DNA of 64,000 nt from the human T2T-CHM13v2.0 reference genome, Homo sapiens: assembly GCF_009914755.1 (NCBI RefSeq), contig NC_060935.1. One strand, given 5' to 3'. Below are positions 1 through 10,940 of the stretch, in pieces. The translations under genes and the position numbers were made by a program. How positions within the stretch are numbered: the first letter of the stretch is position 1; each line of letters opens with the position of its first letter. Below the pieces are notes generated by a model, which was given only the letters and a program-made list of their open reading frames with translations, searched no databases and was not told the DNA's origin.

Positions 1-929
1 AGTGAGAATGGGGCCACTCAAGGGGTGAACAGGGCCTTGCAGTACAGGAAGCAGCTGGGGGTGGCGGGAAGAAGACAGTCAGGAGCTTGGGCATCCTAGA
101 GGCCCCCGGGACAGCTTTGAGGAAGGAACGTCCCCTGGGTTCCACACCACAGAGCCATAGAATTCTGTACTTGGCCTGTCTCAGTGCCGTGCCGCATCCA
201 TCCTGCCCCTGGCACCGGAGGGTACACTGATCAGGGACACGAGTTCCCCTGCCGGGCACAGAGCAGGTTCCCAGTGAGTTCTGGGGCCTCAGTGACTGGG
301 CAAGGACAGGGGCGTTTGGACAGGGGAGGCCGGGTGTGGATGGAAGCTGTACGATGGGGCCTGGGCCAGGGATTGTGGGCCAGCTCCGAGCTCAGACATT
401 GGTCTGCACATGTGGCTGGTGCAGGAGGCGCAGTGTGCTGGGCCTCAGCCTGGACACGGCTGTCCCATGCGCAGAGACAGGGTCACGGTGGAAAGAGAGT
501 CCAGAGAACATGGGAGGTGCCGTTTCCCTGCGGCGGGACTGGGGCTGGGGCCCGGCTTCCCCGACCCTGCTGTCGGGCGTGTGCCTTCATAGCCCAGGAA
601 GCCAGTTCCTGGCAGGGTGGGCTCTGCAGCCAGGCCGCCAGGGTGCAGACCCAGACCAATGGGAGGCCAAGGGAGGCCCGCAGCCCAGACCTTCCGAGCC
701 CTCAGCCTGCTCAGCTCAGTGTCCTTCCAGGGAAATGGGCGTTTCCTGTGGGAAGGTGCCAGGGGCCCCGGGTGCTGGAAGAGCAAGCACCACGCGGGGG
801 GGTAGGGGCGCCCCAGCCCTCTACTGGCCAGTGTCCCTCCAGTCGTCCAGCCCTTGCTGCCAGGGGCCCCGCCCATGTGCCTGGAATCACACCCTGGACG
901 CTTCCTTCTTTGGGTTAGATGTCGTCGTC

Positions 930-1055
930 TTCAACAAATATTTTCTGAATGTCTGCTATGTACTAGACTCTGGGAACACAGGGGAAAGTATGTGGACCTG
1001 CCCATGAGGAAGTCAGTACAGTGGGGCCATGAACAATAAACAGACAATTAATTAT
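930..1055. mobile_element. L2 LINE 3' fragment
   Basis: ttcaacaaatattttctgaatgtctgctatgt resembles the L2 terminal consensus; by eye. Confidence 0.5.
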
Positions 1056-4000
1056 CCTTCGCGGAGCTGCGCGGGGGCAGCTCTCCCAAAGCAGTCAGTC
1101 ATTCACACTTCAGTATGAATGAGTCTCCGGGTACTTTGCTCAGTAACGGACTGGACCAGCGCGGCCTCCACGCCAGGGACTGGGGCAAGGGTGGAGTTTG
1201 GAGTAAAGAGAGAGGCAGGGCAACCCCTTTCCACAGACACTTTACCACCTCCCCACATTGACAAGCTGGCTCCCCAGGGCCACCCGGAGCCCCTTCCTCA
1301 GATCCTGTCCCCATTGGCATGGTCTCAGCCCCTCCTGCCCCAGTACCCTCTCCCCGAGGCCTCGTCCTCCCCGCCATCCTGGAAACGATTTTGTTGTCTG
1401 CAGAGATTATGTGTAACTGCCTGTGAGTTATAAGCCTCCACAGCAAGCAGCCTGTTACCTAACCAGGCCTGGCTCATGCCAATGTCTTGAGTAATTATTG
1501 GGGGGCGGGGGCTGTCCAGCCCGCAGCAGAACCTCTCCGAGGGAGTGCTATTGTTTTTCATGTCAGCTGCATTTTAAGGCTACATTTCACGTCAGCTGTG
1601 ACTTGGAAGGAAAGAGGGCCCGGCCTTTGAAAAATGAAGAAATTGAGCCGGGGTTGGGGGCGGGGAGGGCAGGTTAACCCTTCGGGCTCCAGTATTCCCC
1701 AGCTTCCCAGGGTCTCCTGGCAGTAACCAGGCCAGCTGGGGGTCAGAACCCGCGGCCAGGCCCAGCAGCCGCCTCTTGGCAGCGCTGATGGAAACCGCCG
1801 TGCGGTTCCGCGCAGACAGTCACGGAAACTCAGGCAGACCCGGCGTTGGGTGCGCCAGGCCGGTGTGGGAGCACTTTCCCCCGCCCCCTCCTGCTGCTGC
1901 TTCCCCGAAGGCCTCCCCAGCAGACCTGCAGCTGGGCACCCACAGGGTAGAAATGCCCTGGATTGGCTGTGGCACAAGAGGGCTGGCCCAGCACACCCAG
2001 CCCACCACTGTGCTCCCAGAGGGAGAACAGAGAGGGGTGCAGAGGGCCAGAGAGGCACGGGGCTCCCCTGGGCACCCCTCGTCTTGGGGCCCCTGCCCTG
2101 CCTCCACTCAGAATCCCACTATGTGCTTGGAGCCATGCTGGGTGCTGGGGAGACACACTAACCACTTCCCCATATGCTCACAGCCAGAGAGACACACAGG
2201 CCAGCAGCCTGTAAACCACTGGGTGTGGGGTGTCTGGTCCTGGAGTGACAAGGACAGGGAGGAAGAAAGCCAGGCAGGTGGCCCATGAGCCGTGGAGTAG
2301 GTGGGGAAGGGGACATCTCCAAGGAGGTGACATCGGAGCAGTCCTCTAAGGAGTTTGGAGTCATTTTCAGTCACTCACAAGCCACAGGAGGGCTTCAGCC
2401 TGAAGCTCAGAGGTGATGTGCTTAGATGTCACAGAGCCGGGAGGGGAACAGGCTGGGCTGCAGAGAGGAGGCCAGGCACAGTCACCTCGTGTTGCTGTCC
2501 CCCAGGTAGGAGATAAGGGACCAGAGTCAGGGCAGGTGGGAGAAGGGGAGGTTCTTGGTTCAGCTGCTGCTGAGACAGTGACCCTGGGGACAGCCCAAAT
2601 AAGAGAGAACTTTGCCACCCGCAGGGTCCCAGAGTAGCAGAAGCTTCAGGGCTGATGTGTGCCTGGTGAATCAGCCTGGCCCCAGACCTCCTCTCTCTGC
2701 TTGCTTTCCTGTCCACAATCCAGTGCTTCTGTCCTATGGTCCCCAGCGGCTGCTCCTGCATTCACCATCACATCTGCATTCCAGCAGCAGGAGGGAGGTA
2801 AAAGACATGAAGGACAGGCCCCACTCCTGTAAAACCCTACACAGAAGCGGCCCACGTCATCCCCCTTTCTGTCCACCCGCCGGAATGTGACGCACGCCTG
2901 AGTCGCTGCAAGGGCCCCTGGGGACGGAGTCTCTATTCCAGGCAGGCAAACACTCAGCTTAATTCAGGGTTCTGTTGATTAAAAAAAAAAGTGGGGTCGG
3001 GGGGGCGGGGGAGAGCGGCTATGGAGACAAGTGGCTGTTTTGCCAGAGGGAAAATTCCACATGTGGCTTGGAGGCCAGACCAGAAGGACTCAGATAGGAG
3101 TTGGGCGCTTGAGGGAGGAAATGGGGGTACACTTCAGCGGCTCAGGCCAGGGTGTAAGTAGCAGGTATGTGGTGGTACTGTTTTCCGGAATGAAGAGGAA
3201 GGGGCGGGCAGAAGGCAGCGAGAGCTTTGTTTGGGGTGTGTCGAATTCAAGATGCCTCTGAGACATGGAAGTGGTGAGGTCAGGGGCCGGGAACCCTATG
3301 GTGGTGTTGGCCCTGAGTCCAAGCCAGGCACCACCGGGCACATAGAGGTCTTGAAAGCTCGAATGTGGGGAGGCCAGCAACAGAGGGAACACTACCTGCA
3401 AAGGGGCGAGGGCAGGACAAAGGCTGGCAGCACCACACAGGAGCCAGCAGGGAAGGGGCCACAGCCGGGACTCAGAGGAGGCAGCCACGTGCAGAAAGGC
3501 ACCCATGGGAACATGGCTCCTGGGAGCTGGAGGACCTCAGCAGGCAGGGACTAGCACCCAAGAAGAAAACTCTGAGAAGTCAGGACAGGAGATGGTGTCG
3601 TCAGGGGGCTGCTGGAAGGTTTGGTGACCGGAGCAGCAGGTGCCAGAGCTGAAAGCACTGGTTAAACGTGATGGGTAAACACATGTCTATTTCAGCTTCT
3701 TTGAATCCCACTAAGGTGACAGTAAAGGCATGAAAAACATGGAAACATGTAAATCAACTAGGGTAAAGTGGTCAGGAGAAAAGAGGAGACCAAAAATATG
3801 TTGACAAAGGTTTGGAAGCTGGGAAGCAGGAGGACAGATGGAGACTGGCCTAGGAGACTGGAGAGGGTAGACACCAAGCCCTGCAGGAAGAAGAGCCACC
3901 AAGAATGAGGCAGTTCCCAACCCAGGACCCTGACAGGCAGGTCTCACCCCAGCCCATGAAGCCAGATGCTACTGATTCTCAAGCTCAGCTAGAGACAGGT

Positions 4001-4199
4001 TGAGTCTCCAGAAAAGCTGAGCCTGAGAGGTTCTGAACTTGGAGCCACCAGGAGCAGTTGTGGGTGGGGCAGGAGCTCTCGTGATGAAAACAACAGGGAT
4101 TCAGTAAATGCATTCAAGCTAAAAAGGAAGACCTCCTCCCCCACTTCCCTCATCAACTCCCAGAATGCCCGGTGGGGCACACCATTGTTTTCAGAACAC

Positions 4200-5220
4200 C
4201 AGCAATAAAGCAGACACTCCACATTTCCAGAGAGAAAAAGTAAGTCACACACAAGAGAATAGAAAATCAAAACGGTATCCAATTTCTTAACAGCAATTCA
4301 GAAAGCTAGCACATAGTAGAGAAATGCCTTCAAACATCTGAGGGAAAAAATGATTTCCCATCCAGAATTCTATACCTAGTCAAACTCTCAGGTATGAGAA
4401 TAGAATAAAGACATTTCCAAACATGCACAGTCAAAAATTGTATCTACCACATGCCTTTTCTCAGAAAGTTACTTGAGGACGTGCTCTAGCAAAATGAGAG
4501 GAAAAAACAAAGAAAGAGAAACACAATTCAAGAACCAGGGAGACTCCAACACCAAAAACAAAAGGCCAAAAGAATTTTCAACATGAGTGAAAGAAGTTCT
4601 AGCATTACAGCTGCTCAGCATGCCTACAGTGCAAACAGTCCTGCTAAGACTCCAGGAAGAAATCCCAGAAGAAAAAAAAAATGAAGGTGATAGACTGCCA
4701 GTATTCTCAATAGGATGAAAGAAGTTTTACAATTCTTACAGAAAGTTCAAGAATGAATTAGTGACAGATGCAGTAAAAAACAAGCAAAACCTAAGGCCAT
4801 TTGTAACCCAAGGGAAAACAAGAAGATGTAATCATAACAGACCACAGGACACAGCTAAAAACAGTGATTACATAGTGACATAAAGAGTTATATACTGTTT
4901 GTGTAAAATGCAAACAGTAAGTACTTATTTAGCCTAGAATTCTAATTTAACTGTGTTGGAAAGATAAGGGAGTGGGGAGGGCAGGGGCATGAGAACAAAA
5001 TCTTGATCACTTCTCTTCCATGTTAGGCAGTCACTAGATAATGTCTAAAGTGACAAAATTTCAAGGAACAGCAATGTAAATGTGTAGTTTGGAAATGCCA
5101 AGGTAAAGCCAAGAGATAGTCGGTAGGGTTGAAGGGCTGCCTCTGGGAACAGAAATTAGAGATAGAAGATCTAGCGCCCAGGGAAGGCTGTTTAAAGATG
5201 GGAGAGCTTCACGGGTTTTC
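4200..5220 (+). mobile_element. Ancient L1 (L1M-type) fragment, end of ORF1 region
   Basis: A-rich block with agaaatgccttcaaacatctgagggaaaa...ccagaattctatacctagtcaaactctca...aataaagacatttcc, typical of L1 ORF1 C-terminal DNA; boundaries approximate. Confidence 0.7.
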
Positions 5221-5292
5221 TCACTAAGGGTAAGAAAATTTAAGAAGGAAGTGATGGTGCCAGAGAATAGGGAATTCTGCCAATACCCTGGT

Positions 5293-5423
5293 GGGGAGGG
5301 GGAGGGGGAGGGGGAGGAGGATGAGAAGGAAGGAGGAGGGAGGAGGAAGGAAGAGGGAGGAGGAAGGAGGAGGAAGGAGGAGGAAGGAGGAGGGAGGAGG
5401 GAGGAAGAGAGAGAAGGAAGAGA
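5293..5423 (+). repeat. (GGA/GGAA)-rich pure polypurine tract
   Basis: ~130 bp of only G and A apart from one T. Confidence 0.95.
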
Positions 5424-6944
5424 TTGGCCAAGGAGCTCTGAGAGGGGAAGGTGGGTGCATGCCACCCTGGCTGGGAACAGCAGGTGTGTGGTGAAGGGGA
5501 AAGACCAGCAGGCCCTTTACACCGTGGGCACAGGCTCAGGACTGGCTGGGTGCTACGCAGGAGCCCTCTGACTAGCTGGGGCTGGGGCTGTGCAGGATAA
5601 GGCCAGTGAGAGAAGAGGACTCACTGGTGGGTGCCTCCTCCCCACCTTTAGCAAGGGTTGACAGAGGGATCTGGGCTCTTCCCTGGGCAGGCATCCCAGA
5701 GCTATGACCTGAATGATATCTTAGATGATCTCCAAGGCCCCGGGATCTAAGTCCCTGTTAAGTCCCCTGTTAAAGGACCTAGGTCCTCCCAATGGCCTGC
5801 AAACCACACCCAGTCTAGTCAGCATGTATCCCCACACCCCAGTCCCAGTGTCCCAAGAACCTCTTCCTCCAGCCCCGGGAGCAGGAAGGGCGGGCTGGGA
5901 GCTGCAGGATGGGGCCTGAATCTCTCATCAACTCACAGGGTCAGCCTGGGCCAGGCAGGCTGGGGGCCAGCCCAGGACCTCCTTCCTGGGTGGAGACCTT
6001 CCCACCCTTCCACTCACCTTCCGAGCATTGTGGGCCTTCCCAGGAACCCCCACATCTCCGTGGCCCTCAGACCTCTGACCTCCCAAGGGCACCCCACGTG
6101 TGTGCCCTCCAGCACCCTGGCCACAGAGCCACACACCTGGGCCTTCCCCTCTCCCCATCATCAGGTAACCCAGCACAGGCTGGCCCAACCCCTCTCTAGG
6201 CCTCAGCTTTCCTGTCAGGAAAATGCAGGGTTAGGAGCTGACCAGGGAGTCTTTGAAACCGCAAGGGTACCCTTGGGAGACCCCGTGCAGGTCTTGTCAA
6301 GGCAGGACAGGGAAGTGGTGATGATGAGAGGCAGCTGGTCTGGGTGCTCAGCCCCACCCCAGCACCCGCCCAATGGGCCCCCTGAGGGAAGCTGCCCATG
6401 CTCTCTGCGCCCCATTTTCTGGCCTCTGGCATGCAGAGGGCAGCCCTGCCTGCTTCCCAGTATGGCTGTGAAGCCAAAGGCGGCGATCAATGGGATGTTC
6501 TCAGAATGACAGGTGCTCTGTGATCAGCAGCAGCTGCTACAGGGATGGCCATCGGGTGCAGGGCAGGATGTCCCTGAGGAGGCACCTCAGCAGACGTGAT
6601 GGGTGCCTGTGCCCACAGTTGGGCCATGAGAAGAAGTATGTGGCCCGGCCTGCCCTACACCATCAGGGGGTGCTTGGACCAGTGGCGGCTGGAAATAACC
6701 CATGAACAGGGGAGAGAAGGGGTGAATGCCTTGTAGGCCTGGAACACTGTGGGGCTGTCGAAGGTGCTTCTGCCTCCAGGAAGCCCTCCCTGACTGTGGA
6801 GACACAAGAAGCTCTCCAGGTCTCTGGGTCCCTCTGGTACTCTGTGCCCTGAACCACCACCCTTAGGCCCAGATCTATTCCTGATCCTTCTCTAGACTTC
6901 AGTCAGTTTCCTCTTGATGTCCTGGATGGCCACAACCATAGTGT

Positions 6945-7115
6945 CCCCTCCGCTCCTCTCTCCCCCGCTTCCTTCCACATTGCCCCTCCTCCCCTTTCCC
7001 CTTCCCCACCACTGCTCCCCTCCTTCCTCCAGCACCCTTCTCCCCGCTGCCCTCCCCTCCCCTCCCCGCTGCCCTCCTCTGCCTCTCTCCGTTGCCCCCT
7101 CCTCCCTCCCCCACC
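6945..7115 (+). repeat. CT-rich low-complexity tract
   Basis: Direct reading. Confidence 0.85.
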
Positions 7116-9469
7116 AGAGCCCTGGAAGGCTAGGTACAGCGAGGAAGTGGCCACTCCATGACCCCCAGTGATTTCACTTCTCTGAGCCTCAAGAGTCTCA
7201 CCTGTCCAGGGTCCATGGGATATGCCTGACTCAGCCCCTGGCACATGGTCTTGCAGTGGCCTGAGCTGGACACGCCCCTGGTAGGAAGCTGGAAAGGAGG
7301 CCCTGCCCGTGTACCAGGAGCCTCTGCTCCAGGGGGGTGGCCTGAGGCCCAGGCAGACCTCCACCTCCAGGCAGCCCTGCAGGTGGACAGCTGGGCCTCA
7401 GGCTTAGGACCTGGGACAACTGCCTAGACTACCCCCAGCCTTCCTGACAGGTGATAGCTTCATTGTCCCCAGGACACACACCAGCCCGGTCCCCACCCTA
7501 CCCTTTCCCAGCACCCCTGAGGGAAGGCCTGGCCCCTCAGGCACAGTGGGGGTTGCCCGGCATCTTGGCAGATGGGCAGCGTTAGAGAAGCCTTGGACCT
7601 GGCCCTGCAAATGGAGGTACCAGAGGGCTGAACTAGATGAGGGACTTGAAGGCTCAGATGCCTGTGCGGGACCTGGCAGGGTGGGGGCTTCCGGGCTGGG
7701 AGACTAGGACAGGGTGCCTGTGTCCCCTCCTGGGAGTGGGGCCGTCAGAGCTCCGACCGCACAGGGTCATGGGGAGCAAGAGGAACCAGGATACCCACAA
7801 GCTGCTCGCTCAGACGGGCTCTGCGACTCCACAACTCACCTTCCCCTACTGCAAGATCAGGGAGATGGGACGCAGTCCCCGCCCATGCCCAGGGCCTTGG
7901 CAGGGTCAGGAGAGCCAGTGCAGGCAAAGCGCCAAGCACCCTGCTGCCTGGGAGACCACAGTTGCAGCAGGAAGCCCTCCTCAGGTCTGCCCGCCTCCCC
8001 GGAGCATGTTCCCTCTGTAGCTCCCGGTAGGGCCTGTGTGGAGAAGGTTGCTGATGGCATCACTGAGCGGCCCAGCTGTGGGGTGAAAGGCAAGGCTGGG
8101 GCTGATGCTCCCCAAGGCAGGAGGAGACCATGGTCTGGCTGGGGCTGCCCCAGGTGACAACTGTAGGGTGTGGGGAAGGTGGCTGCCACCGCCGTGGTCC
8201 ACAGGGCCTGGCCAGGGCTCCATGGGGCAGAAGCCATGCCCAGCTCAGGGGGCTTCACTCCACTCTCCCACTTTGACCTGGTCCCTCCCCTCTCCCCCAG
8301 AGTGACCTGGACACTAGCCTCCTCCCAGTGGGAGACAGATGTGGGCAATGCAGCTGCTGTTCCCTGCTCAGGGCAGGCTGGTGCCCAAGGACTGCCCACC
8401 AGACCAGGGGATAAGAGGTTGGCAGCATCGTCCATGGTTATCCCACAGCTAGGAGGCTGTGGGTGTGGGAGAACATGCTGGGTAGGGGTGCCTGTGTGCC
8501 TCTGGAGTCGAGGCAATTAGAGGCCCTGTGGAAGCCCCTGCACGCAAGGGGCCCACGCGCCAGGGCAGAGGACATAGCCCCTTCTTGCTTCCCTGAGGGA
8601 CGGGAGGCCTGTGGACTTCTGGAGACAATGGCAGAGTCAGGGCAGCCAAGCCGGGCCAGTGCCCTGGAGCCGAGTCCTCCCCCCACCTGCCCACATGCCC
8701 CACCCCTCTCCAAGCTTCTCCCCTCATAGGATCCCAGAGCCCCTTGGGACCTCTGTGAAGACTGCATAGATGTGAGGGAGTCTCAGCCTTAGGGTGGGCA
8801 CCTGGGCGCAGCTGTCAGGCCCCAAGTCAGCCCCAGGCACGTGGACCTGGGAGCCAGCCTCAAGGGCAGGGGTCCCCGAGCATCCCCACTGCTGCCCCGC
8901 CAGCAACCGTGTCACTGGGAGGCAAGAGGCTGGGTTCCTGGGGTGGGCAGGCTTCCCCGCTTCACTCCATTTGCAGCCCCTGTCTTGCAGAGGCAAAATG
9001 GAGGTTCAGAGAGGTGAGCAAACACCAGGTCCCATGTTTGCACCTGGCTGTGACCGTGCAGTCCACTGGGCCCAGCAGCAGGAACTGGGGCAAGTGCCCC
9101 GAGACGGGACCGAGACAACAGTGGGGAAGGTGGGACAGGCAGCTGGGGGAAGGCCAGAGTGTCCAGCACCAGCGCCAGGGGCCGTTCCGACAGGCTGAGG
9201 AGCGGCGGGGAGCGGGGCTTGCCAAATATGTCCAGATGGGGCTGGAGCCCCAGCAACTTCCTGCCCTCCCAGCCTGCTCCCCCACCTCCTCACCCCCTTC
9301 CCAGGCTGTCAGCAGGGGCTGGGGGGCAGCAGAACCCCACTTAGCCACAAGGAGTGCAGCCAGAGGCTGGCTCCCGGGAGGACATGGGCAGAGGCTTAGG
9401 TCCCCTTACACACACACACTGCTGCATTCGTGCAGGATGGGCTCAGCGCCTGCTGTGCCTGGCGTGGCT

Positions 9470-9600
9470 GTGTGCATGGCATGGTGGTGGCATGGTGGGA
9501 GTGGTGTGGCACATGGTGTGGCACATGGCATGGCTGGGGCTGGGGCTGGGTTGTGTAGCATGTGGAGTGGCAAGGTGCGTGACATGGTGTATGGCATGGT
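9470..9600 (+). repeat. Degenerate (CATGGTGTGG)-like tandem repeat
   Basis: Recurrent catggc/catggtgtgg units. Confidence 0.75.
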
Positions 9601-10737
9601 AGTGTGCCCCTCGAGCCATGTGTCCAGGTGGGGCAGATCATGGAGGGCGCCCAGGTGCGGTGCTGAGGCTGAGCATGCACTGGCTGGGGAGGGTGGGCAG
9701 AGCAGGAGGAAATCCCTTGTTCTCCGGAGCTGGAGAGCCAGAAAGAGCCCTGCAGCCTGGGCCTCATCATCACACCTCGCCCTCAAGGCCTCCAGGCACA
9801 GCATCCACTGCCAGCCTCTGCTCCTGCCTCTGAGGGTCTGTCTCCAAGGTCTTTTGGGGGCTGCCCCAGCTCCCCCAACACAGACAGCACCAGAGCTGGG
9901 CCCACCTGTGAGGTGCTGAGTTCCCCATCTCAGAGACTGTGGGAGCAGAGGCAGGGAGGCGCTTGATGTCGGATGGAGAAAGGACAGGGGAGGGGTGTGG
10001 GGCTCAGGGCCCCGCCAGGTGAAGGAACAAGCTTGGAAGGGTGTCCTTATGTCTGAGAGTTGGGGAGACACCCCCAAGCCCCAGATGGGCCTCGAATGCC
10101 AGGCAGGGCCAAGCTGGGCCCAGAAGTGGGAAGGATCCCTTGGCTGCCCCAGGAATGCAGGTTCCGGGGCAAGAATCCAGCCCTGGCTGGTTGAAGTCCA
10201 TCCCAAGTCTCCCTCCCCACGAGGCTCCTGCAGATGCCAGGAATGGGGCTGGATTCCAGATTCCAAGCCTGGCCGCCCAGCCCCTATCTGGGACCCCAGC
10301 CCAGAGCCCCCAGGCCTGGCCTCCAACCTGGCCCCAGCCTCAGGGGAGCTGAATTCAGAGAATCCTGTCCTAGGAGCCAGAAGCGGGGGAGGGAGGGAGG
10401 GCGGCCCTGTCCTGGGTGCAGGCCCGGGGGCTGGGGGCTGCCCGCCCGTCTGGGTCAGCCGCAGCTGCAAACCGGCCCTGGCTGAGTCATGGGGCCTCCA
10501 TCTCCAGGCCTGGCTTGAGGTGGGAATAGCAGTGAGGATGGACATCCAGGCACCTGGAGGGTGGGCAGGGCTCCCTGCGGCTGGGGTGGCCAGTGGCACC
10601 TGGCTGTTGCCCCCCTGCACCCCAGCCCTTTGGCCCCCAAGTCTCTGCCACCTCCCTGGGGTTCTGCTCCCATATTCCTCACACCCAGCACAGAACCCAG
10701 CATGTCTCCTGTAGACACCTGCATATAAACCCTGACT

Positions 10738-10766
10738 CACACACACACACACACACACGCACACAT
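10738..10766 (+). repeat. (CA)n microsatellite
   Basis: Direct reading. Confidence 0.95.
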
Positions 10767-10859
10767 GCAGGCCAGGCTCCTCGGCCAGTCACCCTACCGG
10801 CAGAGCTCTAGACATTTCTGGCCTCTGGTGACTATTCTTCAGGCAGCTCACCCTGCAAG

Positions 10860-10940
10860 TCTTTATTGAGCACCTACTGTGTGCCAGGCAGTGGTACAGC
10901 AAGGGCAGAAGCCCCACCTCCAAGGAGCTGACCCCCTGCC
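10860..10940. mobile_element. L2 fragment
   Basis: tttattgagcacctactgtgtgccaggca is the classic L2 terminal motif. Confidence 0.65.

Noticed and set aside
9406-10764. 452-codon minus-strand ORF and overlapping 336-codon plus-strand ORF
   Set aside because: Starts in a (TG)n repeat, low-complexity P/G/A/W composition, no domain; expected in GC-rich intronic DNA.
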